DNA of 39,628 nucleotides from Solirubrobacteraceae bacterium (GTDB lineage: Bacteria > Actinomycetota > Thermoleophilia > Solirubrobacterales > Solirubrobacteraceae): contig JAEMTR010000002.1 of NCBI GenBank assembly GCA_016462245.1, positions 1-39,628 on the forward strand, written 5' to 3'. The position numbers were made by a program, and so were the translations under genes. Below are positions 19,241 through 26,961 of this stretch, one piece after another. Each line of letters starts with the position of its first letter. Within the stretch, counting starts at the first letter, position 1. Under the pieces are notes generated by a model. That model made no database searches. It worked only from the letters and a program-made list of their open reading frames with translations, and was not told where the DNA came from.

Positions 19241-19972
19241 CTAGGCCAAACGCAGGTCTGGCGCTGGCGGTTGGTCCTTGTCGCGCATGTCGACGGCCTC
19301 AAAACGACGCTGGTCTTGACCGAAGAGTGGGCAGAGTTCACACATCTCTTCGAGCCTCGAAACTGTCCGCTCGCCGATCTGCAAGGCGAGCTCGTCGCGC
19401 TCAAGATTTGTCGTGACGATGATCGAGCGCTGCGCCTCGTAGCGGGCGTTGACGATCGAATAGAGCTGCTCGAGGACCCAGGCGCTGGTCTTTTCGGCGC
19501 CAAGATCATCGATCTGGAGAAGGTCGATCTCTGCAAGGCGGTCGAGCAGATCGACGTAGCCGCCCTCGGCGTCATCTTCGAAGGTGCTGCGGATCTCCGC
19601 CAGCAGCCGCGGCAGCGAGTAGATAGCGACGCCGCGGCGGGCGTCGATTGCGGACTGCGAGACGAGCATCGCCAGCGTTGTCTTGCCGGTCCCCACGCCA
19701 CCGAAAAACCAGAGTCCGCGCCCTTCGGCGAGCCGCTGGTCGAGCTGGCGGACGTAGCTTTTGACGAGCTCGACCTGCGCCGAGGGCATCGAGCTGATCG
19801 GCGGGCGGTCGAATGATGCGCCGCGGTAGCGGCTTGGAATCACGGCCGAAAGCGAGCGCGAGCGCCTTGATGCCAGCAGCTGCTCGCGGCAGTGACAGGC
19901 GACGACGGCGTTGCCATCCGGCGTGTCGAGCCAGCCGGAGTCCTCGCAGTCGCTACAGGCGTAGCCGCTCAC
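19241..19972 (-). CDS. DnaC/DnaI/IstB-family AAA+ ATPase with N-terminal Cys cluster (putative helicase loader)
   Basis: Walker A GGVGTGKTTLA, Walker B LLQIDDLG, sensor I VTTN. N-terminal CSDC..(16 aa)..CHC. The GTG start overlaps the dnaB TGA (GTGA). Confidence 0.8.
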   Translation of the reverse strand: MSGYACSDCEDSGWLDTPDGNAVVACHCREQLLASRRSRSLSAVIPSRYRGASFDRPPISSMPSAQVELVKSYVRQLDQRLAEGRGLWFFGGVGTGKTTLAMLVSQSAIDARRGVAIYSLPRLLAEIRSTFEDDAEGGYVDLLDRLAEIDLLQIDDLGAEKTSAWVLEQLYSIVNARYEAQRSIIVTTNLERDELALQIGERTVSRLEEMCELCPLFGQDQRRFEAVDMRDKDQPPAPDLRLA

Positions 19973-21360
19973 GCCGCGTCCAGCGCAATGTTGCGGAAGC
20001 GCGGGTACTCGTGCTGGAAGGTCAGCTCGACCATTCCAAGCGCGCCGTTGCGGTGCTTGCCGATGATTAGCTCGCCGACGCCCGGCTTCTCTGAGTTCTC
20101 TTTGTTGTAGTACTCATCGCGATAGATGAACATCACGAGGTCGGCGTCCTGCTCGATCTGTCCCGATTCGCGCAGGTCCGAGAGCATCGGCCGTTTGTCG
20201 GGCCGCGACTCGACTCCACGCGATAGCTGCGAGAGCGCGATAACCGGGACCTTCAGCTCACGCGCGAGGATCTTCAGTCCACGGCTCATCTCGCCGACCT
20301 GCTGAACGCGATTGTCGTAGCGGCCGTCGGCGCGCATTAGCTGCAGGTAGTCGATGATTATTAGCCCAAGGCCACCCTCGTCGCGCAGGCTCTGATGGAG
20401 GCGGCGCGCCTTGGCGCGGATGTCGAGTAGGCCGATGTCGGAGGAATCGTCGACGTAGAGCTTCGAGTTTTCGTACTCGCCGGCGACCTTCAGCACGCGC
20501 TGCCACTTCTCGTCGCGGACGCGGCCTTTGCGCAGGTCATCGCCTTTGATTGTCGCCTGTGAGGCGATGAAGCGCTGGGCTAGCTCGCCCTCTGACATCT
20601 CGAGCGAGAAGAGCGCTACCGGGCGCGGGTTCTTCTTATCGAGCGCGACGTTCTCAGCGATGTTCGTGACCAGCGCCGACTTACCCATCGATGGGCGTGC
20701 GGCGATGATGATCAAGTTGCCTGGCTGGAAGCCACCGGTGATCTGATCAAGGTCGGCAAAGCCGGAGGGGATCCCTGTGATCGACTCACCGCGCTTGGCG
20801 AGGTCGTCCCAGCGTTGGAGCTCTTGGTGGAGAACGTCGCCGACGGCGCGGAAGTCTTGACCGCCGTCGCCCATTCGGATCTCAAGGATCGAGCGCTCGG
20901 CCTCGTCGACGATCTGCTGCGGGTCGCCGTCGCGGGTGTAGACGCTGGACTGAATTCGGTAGGAGGTGTCGAGCAGTCGCCTCAGGTGCGCCGTTTCGCG
21001 AACGATCTCGGCGTAGCGGCGTAGGTTGCCGACCGCCGGCACGGCCGTGACGAGCGCCTGAATCGCCTCTTCTCCGCCGGCCTCCTCCAGCTTGCCAACC
21101 GACTTGAGCTCTTCCGTGACGCTGAGAACGTCGATCTCGCTGCCACGGTCGAAGAGTCCCAGCAGAGCCTCGAAGATCACGCGGTGACGGGCGCGGTAGA
21201 AGTCTGCGGCCGTTATCTCCTCCTCAACGACGTAGGCGTAGTGAGCCTTCTCGGAGAGAATGATTGCGCCAAGGATCGCCTGCTCGGATTCGATCGAGTG
21301 GGGCGGTAGCGTGGCCTGCGGATCGGTCGGTGACCCGTGTGGCTGAGCGGTCGTTGCCAT
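19969..21360 (-). CDS. dnaB: Replicative DNA helicase DnaB (no intein)
   Basis: N-terminal PPHSIESEQAILGAII. Walker A ARPSMGKSAL. Walker B LIIIDYLQLM. SQLSR and the C-terminal IIGKHRNG. Confidence 0.95.
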   Translation of the reverse strand: MATTAQPHGSPTDPQATLPPHSIESEQAILGAIILSEKAHYAYVVEEEITAADFYRARHRVIFEALLGLFDRGSEIDVLSVTEELKSVGKLEEAGGEEAIQALVTAVPAVGNLRRYAEIVRETAHLRRLLDTSYRIQSSVYTRDGDPQQIVDEAERSILEIRMGDGGQDFRAVGDVLHQELQRWDDLAKRGESITGIPSGFADLDQITGGFQPGNLIIIAARPSMGKSALVTNIAENVALDKKNPRPVALFSLEMSEGELAQRFIASQATIKGDDLRKGRVRDEKWQRVLKVAGEYENSKLYVDDSSDIGLLDIRAKARRLHQSLRDEGGLGLIIIDYLQLMRADGRYDNRVQQVGEMSRGLKILARELKVPVIALSQLSRGVESRPDKRPMLSDLRESGQIEQDADLVMFIYRDEYYNKENSEKPGVGELIIGKHRNGALGMVELTFQHEYPRFRNIALDAA

Positions 21361-21404
21361 TACCGTTCGAAGCTACCAACGCGATCGGGTGTTGTGCACA
21401 CGCT

Positions 21405-21425
21405 CTTGCCGCAATTGGCGGCAAG
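21405..21425 (-). promoter_or_regulatory. Stem-loop (8-bp stem) in the rplI-dnaB spacer
   Basis: cttgccgc-aattg-gcggcaag. It sits between the rplI stop (21462) and the dnaB start (21360). A second palindrome, gccgcta-c-tagcggc, lies at 21436..21450. Confidence 0.45.
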
Positions 21426-21461
21426 TTGTTTCAAAGCCGCTACTAGCGGCGTGCGCGACGG

Positions 21462-21911
21462 TTACTGCTCGGCGACGATCGTCGTGACCGTGGCTTTGAT
21501 GCCGACGGCCAGATCGATCTCAACGCTGTGCGAGCCGATCTCTTTGATCGGCGCGGCGAGGTGGATTTTGCGCTTGTCGATCTCAACTGCTCGTGCTTCA
21601 AGAATTGCGTCGGCGATGTCTTGTGGAGTGACCGAGCCGAAGAGGCGGCCGTCTTCTCCGGCCGGGGCCGTGATCGTCAGCGTCGTAGCGCTGAGCAGGT
21701 CGGCGAGCTCCTGCGAGTCGTTCGCGGCTTGGGCGCGCTCAGCGGCGGCAGCTGCGTAAGCGATTTCGGCGGCGGCGATAGATGAGGCGGTTGCGGCCTG
21801 AGCCAGTTTGCGCGGCAGCAGGTAGTTGCGCAGGTAGCCCTTCGAGACGACAACCAGCGAGCCCTTGTGGCCAAGGTTGTCAACGTCCTTGAGCAGAATT
21901 GCCTCAGGCAT
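21462..21911 (-). CDS. rplI: 50S ribosomal protein L9
   Basis: ILLKDVDNLGHKGSLVVVSKGYLRNYLLPRKLA N-terminal domain. 149 aa. The start overlaps the rpsR stop by 1 nt. Confidence 0.93.
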   Translation of the reverse strand: MPEAILLKDVDNLGHKGSLVVVSKGYLRNYLLPRKLAQAATASSIAAAEIAYAAAAAERAQAANDSQELADLLSATTLTITAPAGEDGRLFGSVTPQDIADAILEARAVEIDKRKIHLAAPIKEIGSHSVEIDLAVGIKATVTTIVAEQ

Positions 21912-22237
21912 TAGTCGCGGTCCCGGTCGCGGTCACGGCCGCGGCGTGGGCGTGTGCCTTCGTTGGCCGGCTCACCGGCGTAAGGGATCAATGCCAGCTC
22001 GCGTGAGCGCTTGACGGCTTCGGCCAGCTGCGTCTGGTGACGGCGGCAGAGGCCCGTCATTCCACGCGAGCGAATCTTGCCGCGCTCGGAGGTAAAGCGC
22101 TTGAGCATCGGTACGTCTTTGTAATCGATGTGGACGATCTTGTCCTTGCAGCAGGCGCAGGACTTGCGACGACCGCTGATTGGGCCGCCCTTCTTGTCCT
22201 TACGGCGTGCTGAGTTGGTTTCTTTCTTCTTAGCCAC
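21911..22237 (-). CDS. rpsR: 30S ribosomal protein S18 with Arg/Asp-repeat C-terminal tail
   Basis: [50 protein letters not shown] core. GTG start. The tail is ..[13 protein letters not shown]. Confidence 0.92.
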   Translation of the reverse strand: MAKKKETNSARRKDKKGGPISGRRKSCACCKDKIVHIDYKDVPMLKRFTSERGKIRSRGMTGLCRRHQTQLAEAVKRSRELALIPYAGEPANEGTRPRRGRDRDRDRD

Positions 22238-22265
22238 TGAGCTGTCTCTGACTCTCGTTCTTCGT

Positions 22266-22306
22266 GGAAACGCGCGCCGATCGGCGCGCGCTGGAACACA
22301 GTTTCC
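22266..22306 (-). promoter_or_regulatory. Strong GC hairpin in the ssb-rpsR spacer: a 20-nt perfect palindrome clamped by GGAAAC/GTTTCC
   Basis: cgcgcgccga|tcggcgcgcg (22271..22290) is self-complementary. GGAAAC (22266..22271) pairs with GTTTCC (22301..22306), leaving a 10-nt asymmetric bulge. The structure lies about 30-70 nt upstream of the rpsR GTG. Confidence 0.5.
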
Positions 22307-22381
22307 GCCGGCAGCGTGAAAAAACGCTGCTGCGAGCCAAAGAGTAGCGCTTCAGCGCTATTTACTCAGTCTGCCGCGAGG

Positions 22382-22849
22382 CTAGAACGGGATGTCGTCT
22401 TCGCCAGCAGCTGCCGGAGCACCGGCAGGAGCGGTAGCGAAGTCGCTGGTGTCGGTCGGCACGTCGGAGGCCGGCGTGAAGCCACCCTGTCCGCCGGCTG
22501 CGTCATCGCGCGGCCCGCTGAGGAACTGAACGCTGTCGGCGATGATGTCGACTGCCTGGCGCTTGTTGCCCTCAGGCGTCTCCCACTCGCGCCACTCGAG
22601 CCGTCCGTCGACCGCGACGCCGCGACCCTTGGCGAGGTACTTGGCGCAGTTTTCACCTTGGGCGCCCCAGACGGTTACGTCGAAGTAGTTCGGCTTGTCG
22701 ACCCATTCGCCGGATGCGCTGTCCTTGCGCCGCGTGTTGCAGGCGACGCGAAGCTTGCAGACCGAATTGCCGCTTGGCAGAGCCCGCAGTTCAGGATCGG
22801 AGGTCAGGTTTCCGGTGATGATCACGCGGTTGATATTTGAAGCGGCCAT
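22382..22849 (-). CDS. ssb: Single-stranded DNA-binding protein
   Basis: OB fold NRVIITGNLTSDPELR.., a Gly/Pro/Ala-rich linker, and the C-terminal acidic tip EDDIPF. I prefer ATG 22849, with GAAAGGA 9 nt upstream, over track GTG 22867, which lies inside that SD. Confidence 0.93.
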   Translation of the reverse strand: MAASNINRVIITGNLTSDPELRALPSGNSVCKLRVACNTRRKDSASGEWVDKPNYFDVTVWGAQGENCAKYLAKGRGVAVDGRLEWREWETPEGNKRQAVDIIADSVQFLSGPRDDAAGGQGGFTPASDVPTDTSDFATAPAGAPAAAGEDDIPF

Positions 22850-23009
22850 AAGAGTCGGTCCTTTCACTGGGCGCCCAAAACGCCCGGATCAGTTTCATTC
22901 GTTTAGTGCCGCGAGTCTAAAGCGCGGCTCGGCGACGGTTAGCGATCAAGCCGCAATTTGCGCACTTGTTTTACGGTCGCGTTGCGATTCGTAAATCTGA
23001 CAGCGCTGT

Positions 23010-23552
23010 TTAGGCGGCTGGCGGGGCGTCGGAGGCTTCGGCCTCTGCGACTGCCTCTTCGACGGCGACTTCAGCGATCGCCTCTTCGACGATCTCTTCA
23101 GCTACTGCCTCTTCAACGACTGCCTCGATCACTGCTTCTTCAGCAGCTTCTTCGATCACAGCGGCTTCCACGGCCTCAGCAGCGACCTCTACCTCAGCGA
23201 CTACTTCAGCCACCGCAGGCGGCGCTTCTTGGCGCAGATCGGGGGGATCGCCGACGCCTGCGCGCAGCTTGATGATCCGGAAGCGGGTCACGCCGTCGGT
23301 GATGCGGAGCGTGCGCTGCAGCTGCTCTAGCACGCTATTTGGCCCATGGAACTGAACTAGGTCGTACTCGGCGTTGGCCTCATGGTTGATCTCGAAGGCC
23401 ATCTTGCGATTGCCGTAATCGTGATCGCCAATGATTGAGCCGCCTTGCTCGATCATCGCTTTGACGTCGCTACGAATTTTCGTACGCGTCGCCTGCTCGG
23501 CCTTAGGGTCGAGCATCAGCATCAGATCGTAGGTTGGAGCAGGGGCCACCAT
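23010..23552 (-). CDS. rpsF: 30S ribosomal protein S6 with ~80 aa acidic Ala/Glu/Val-rich C-terminal extension
   Basis: Core YDLMLMLDP..GNRKMAFEI..AEYDLVQF..VTRFRIIKL (about 97 aa), followed by AEVVAEVEVAAEAVEAAVIEEAAEEAVIEAVVEEAVAEEIVEEAIAEVAVEEAVAEAEA. Confidence 0.92.
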   Translation of the reverse strand: MVAPAPTYDLMLMLDPKAEQATRTKIRSDVKAMIEQGGSIIGDHDYGNRKMAFEINHEANAEYDLVQFHGPNSVLEQLQRTLRITDGVTRFRIIKLRAGVGDPPDLRQEAPPAVAEVVAEVEVAAEAVEAAVIEEAAEEAVIEAVVEEAVAEEIVEEAIAEVAVEEAVAEAEASDAPPAA

Positions 23553-23559
23553 TCGGCTC

Positions 23560-23619
23560 GCGACGATAGCAGGGGGTGAAGCTTTCGGGCCTGTAGCTAA
23601 GGGGGTTATCGCCCGTCGC
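23560..23619 (-). promoter_or_regulatory. Candidate rpsF 5' leader helix with a 3-nt bulge
   Basis: On the mRNA strand, GCGACG-GGC-GATA (23619..23607) pairs with TATCGTCGC (23568..23560). The helix encloses two CCCCCT..GCTA direct repeats and ends 8 nt before the rpsF ATG. Confidence 0.35.
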
Positions 23620-23691
23620 CGGATACCACCAACGCTGCGAACGCCGCTTCAGCTGGCCGCTGCCCTGGCGCTAATTGCGCTCGTCTTTGGC

Positions 23692-24003
23692 TTGCCGCGG
23701 CTGCGCCAGCAGCCACCACCAATTCCCGACCCTACGCCTCAGCCCTTGGTTGAAGCGCCGGCGCCCGTGCCGACGGCTGTGCCGAGCGAAGCGCTGGCCA
23801 AAGAACCGCGCGATCGGCCAAGACGCACCAGCGGTGGCTCAAAGTCTCGACCGAAGCGCCGGGCGGCGGGGAAGAAGAGGCGGCCACCGAAGCCGCTAGC
23901 TGCCCCGTCGCCACAAGCAGCGGTGCAGCCAGCTCCAACGTCGCAGCCGGCTCGGCCGATCTCTGCAGCGGCCGCTCCTGCGCGTCAGTTCGGCTGGCCG
24001 TAG
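23692..24003 (+). CDS. Questionable Pro/Ala/Lys/Arg-rich small ORF
   Basis: 103 aa from a TTG start. Low-complexity, basic and Pro-rich. The frame is open further upstream across a hydrophobic stretch (LQLAAALALIALVFG), but that stretch has no ATG/GTG/TTG start. It fills the gap between the rpsF promoter region and the otsA 3' end. Confidence 0.3.
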   Translation: MPRLRQQPPPIPDPTPQPLVEAPAPVPTAVPSEALAKEPRDRPRRTSGGSKSRPKRRAAGKKRRPPKPLAAPSPQAAVQPAPTSQPARPISAAAAPARQFGWP

Positions 24004-24024
24004 TCGGCCTGAGCTGCTCGCCGC

Positions 24025-25491
24025 TCAGGTGGTGGCGGCCTCGTTGGCTTCTGCTTTGGAACGGATATCTGCGAGCTGGTCGTCGACCCAGTCGCCTGGG
24101 TCGCGCTCGGTGACGATCGCCTTGAGGCCATCGATCCGCTGCTTGCGCCGTTCAGGCTCCATCGTCAGCGCGCTGTAGATCGCATCGGCCAGCTCCTGAA
24201 TATTGAACGGGTTGACGCTGATTGCAAACTCGCCCAGCTCCTCATGCGCGCCGGTGTTTTCGGAGAGGATTGAGACGCCGTCGCGCTGGTTGACGAGCGG
24301 CCCCTCCTTGGCAACGAGGTTCATTCCGTCAAACATCGCGTTGACCAGCAGCACGTCGTACTGACGGTAGGAGGCCATCGCCTCTTCCAGATCGTCGCGC
24401 AGCTTCAGTTGGATCGGCATCCAGTCCGGCGTGCCGTGGCGGAGGTTGACGACGGCGACCAGCGCTTCGATCTTCGCTAGATATTCGGCGTACTCGGGAA
24501 CGTCGGTCCTTGATGGCATCAGCTGGGCGATGAACGAAACGTGCTCAAGGAACTCGGGGTGCTGATCGAGGAAGAGGTCGAAGGCCGTAAAGCCGCGAAG
24601 CACATTCTTCGAGAGGTCGGCGCGGTCAACGCGAAGGATCAAGTGTTCGCGGCGTCGCTGCTCCAGCTCTGCTTCCAGCTCCAGTGTCCGTGGCGAACTT
24701 CCGACCCTCTCGGTCGCCTCAGCGTCGATCGGCAGCGGGTAGGCGCGGATCCAGATCTCGCGGCCGTCGTAGAAGACGATGCCGCGCTCAAAGTCGACCT
24801 CAAGATCGAGCAGGTCGCGGCAACACTGGATGAAGTTGCGTCGGTAGGCCTGCGTATGGAAGCCGATGATGTCGTTGGCTAGCAGCCCTTCGTAAAGCTC
24901 GTTACGGATCTCGGTAGGCAGCACTCGCCAGGCGTCCGACTGCGGCCACGGAATGTGAATGAAGTGGTGGAGGAAGACGTCGGGCCGCGCCTCGCGGACG
25001 ATCCCCGGCAGCGTGTAGAGGTGGTAGTCGTGGACCATCACGACCGGGTCCGGCTTGTCGGCGATCTCCTCGATCACGGCCTGCGCGAGGTCATTGTTGA
25101 CGACCTTGTAGCCGAGCTCGAAGGCGTCGATCTCCCACTGGCGAACGTCAGGCGCGTTTGAGATATCCCAGAGGTAATGCTGGATGAACCAGAGCATCGG
25201 GTTGGCGAAGATGTTGTAGAAGCGGTCGAAGGCTTCGGCTTCGCTGTCGACCAGTCGCACCTCATATTCGCCGCCCAGTGGTGACTGCACGCTGAACGGG
25301 TGGCCATCGGCTTCGCGCGCCCGCAGGATGTCGCCGTCGGACATTGCGCTGGCAATCCAAACCGCCTTGCGGTGTGAGACAAGACCGGTCAAAGCGGTCA
25401 CCAAGCCGCCGCCGCCGCGGGTGATTTCGCCGTCCTCACTGAACGTCACTGGGCCGCGGTTTGAAACGAGCACGAATGGAGTCTGGGTCAC
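24025..25491 (-). CDS. otsA: Alpha,alpha-trehalose-phosphate synthase (GT20)
   Basis: FVLVSNRGP N-terminus, the IANPMLWF-type segment (FANPMLWFIQHYLW), VHDYHL, and C-terminal GMNLVAKE. 488 aa. Confidence 0.88.
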   Translation of the reverse strand: MTQTPFVLVSNRGPVTFSEDGEITRGGGGLVTALTGLVSHRKAVWIASAMSDGDILRAREADGHPFSVQSPLGGEYEVRLVDSEAEAFDRFYNIFANPMLWFIQHYLWDISNAPDVRQWEIDAFELGYKVVNNDLAQAVIEEIADKPDPVVMVHDYHLYTLPGIVREARPDVFLHHFIHIPWPQSDAWRVLPTEIRNELYEGLLANDIIGFHTQAYRRNFIQCCRDLLDLEVDFERGIVFYDGREIWIRAYPLPIDAEATERVGSSPRTLELEAELEQRRREHLILRVDRADLSKNVLRGFTAFDLFLDQHPEFLEHVSFIAQLMPSRTDVPEYAEYLAKIEALVAVVNLRHGTPDWMPIQLKLRDDLEEAMASYRQYDVLLVNAMFDGMNLVAKEGPLVNQRDGVSILSENTGAHEELGEFAISVNPFNIQELADAIYSALTMEPERRKQRIDGLKAIVTERDPGDWVDDQLADIRSKAEANEAATT

Positions 25492-25542
25492 AACGGGCAG
25501 CCTACCTTCCCGCGCTAGAGCTCGCCCAGTCGCGAATGCGAT

Positions 25543-26961
25543 CTAGGCTCGAAGTTCGATCGCAAAGGTCGTGCGGCCCGGCGCACTCTCAACGCTCAGC
25601 GTTCCGCCCATCCGCTCAACCAGCTCATGGGCGATTGCGAGTCCAAGCCCAGCTCCGCGCGTTCCATCGGAGGTGTAGAACGGTTCGAAGGCGCGTTCCA
25701 GGTCGGCGCGCGGGATCCCTTCGCCAAAGTCGGTCACGGCGATTCGCGCGCGGTCCTCCGGCTGGCTGGTGGCGACGATCACGTCGGTGCCCTTCGGCGT
25801 GTGGGCGACGGCGTTGTCGACGAGGATCCGCACGACCTGAGAGAGTCGCTCGCGATCACAGCTGGCGTAGAGCGACTTTGCACCAACGCGCACCTCGAGC
25901 TGCGAGTCGTGTTCGGTCAGCGCTGGCACGAACTCATTTGCGACGTCGGTTGCGAGCTTGCCGATGTCGGTCCGCTCTCGCTGCAGCTCGACTGCGCCAG
26001 CGTCGATCCGCGATAGGTCGAGCAGGTCGGTCGTCAGCTTCTCAAGCCGCGCGACTCCGGTCCGCAACTGGCCGAGGAAGCGCAGCCGCGTCGGCTCATC
26101 AAGCTGCTCGTCTTCGAGCAGTTCGACGAAGCCGCTGAGTGAGAAGATCGGCGTGCGCAGCTCATGTGATGCGGTTGCGATGAAACGGCGCCGAGCGCTG
26201 TCGAGCTCCGAGAGTTGGATCTGCATCGCCTCGAGCGCTGCTGCCAGGCGGCCGAGCTCGTCGTCGTTGTCGACCGTGAAATGGGCTGAGCGGTCGCCGC
26301 CGGCGACTTGGCGGGCCGTCTCCTCGAGCCTTGAGACGCGACGGCCGAATGAGAGTGCGACGAGGTATCCGGCGATCAGGGCCAGCACCAATGCGATCAC
26401 AGCGGCGAGCAGAATCCGGTTGCGGACCAGCGCCACGTTGCGTTCCACGTTGCCCAGCGGGGCCGAGAATACGAGCACGTCGCCAAGTACGCGGCGACCG
26501 GTCTCGGGATCCTTCGAGAAGAGCGGGATCGCCGCCTCGCCGATCCGCCCGCTGGCTACCGACTCGACCGCCGTTGCAGTTTTGCCCGAGCCGATCGCCT
26601 GCAGCGCTGCAGGAAAGACGAGGTTGTCGATCGCGCTGCGCAGATCGGAATCGGACTTGACGAACGGCGCCGTACCTTTTCCGTTATTGCCGACGCCGAT
26701 CAGCGTTACGCGGGCGTTGGCTCGGTCTGCCGCTTCGCGCACGGCGAGGTCGATTTCGCCTACCGGCGCAGCCTCGATTAGCTTCTTTTCGATCACGCCG
26801 CGCAGGCGCTGGGCGTCGGCGGCGAGCTGCCCGGTTCGCTGGTCGGTCAGGCTCGACTGCAGCCGTGGCACGACGCCGGCATAGACGATCACCATCGCAC
26901 CGAGCGTGATCGCGAAGAAGAGCAGCGCCAAGCGGTTGGCGATCGATCTTGGTTGGCGCAT
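25543..26961 (-). CDS. Sensor histidine kinase (two TM helices, HAMP, HisKA, HATPase_c)
   Basis: H-box ASHELRTPI, N-box VDNAVAHT, G-boxes DFGEGI and GAGLGLAIA. An N-terminal helix, a periplasmic segment and a second helix precede the HAMP domain. Confidence 0.9.
   Translation of the reverse strand: MRQPRSIANRLALLFFAITLGAMVIVYAGVVPRLQSSLTDQRTGQLAADAQRLRGVIEKKLIEAAPVGEIDLAVREAADRANARVTLIGVGNNGKGTAPFVKSDSDLRSAIDNLVFPAALQAIGSGKTATAVESVASGRIGEAAIPLFSKDPETGRRVLGDVLVFSAPLGNVERNVALVRNRILLAAVIALVLALIAGYLVALSFGRRVSRLEETARQVAGGDRSAHFTVDNDDELGRLAAALEAMQIQLSELDSARRRFIATASHELRTPIFSLSGFVELLEDEQLDEPTRLRFLGQLRTGVARLEKLTTDLLDLSRIDAGAVELQRERTDIGKLATDVANEFVPALTEHDSQLEVRVGAKSLYASCDRERLSQVVRILVDNAVAHTPKGTDVIVATSQPEDRARIAVTDFGEGIPRADLERAFEPFYTSDGTRGAGLGLAIAHELVERMGGTLSVESAPGRTTFAIELRA

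Noticed and set aside
19241-19972. Possibility that the DnaC/IstB-like gene marks an IS21-type mobile element.
   Set aside because: No IstA transposase ORF, inverted repeats or target duplications are visible. The gene is overlap-coupled to dnaB and followed 22 nt later by purA.
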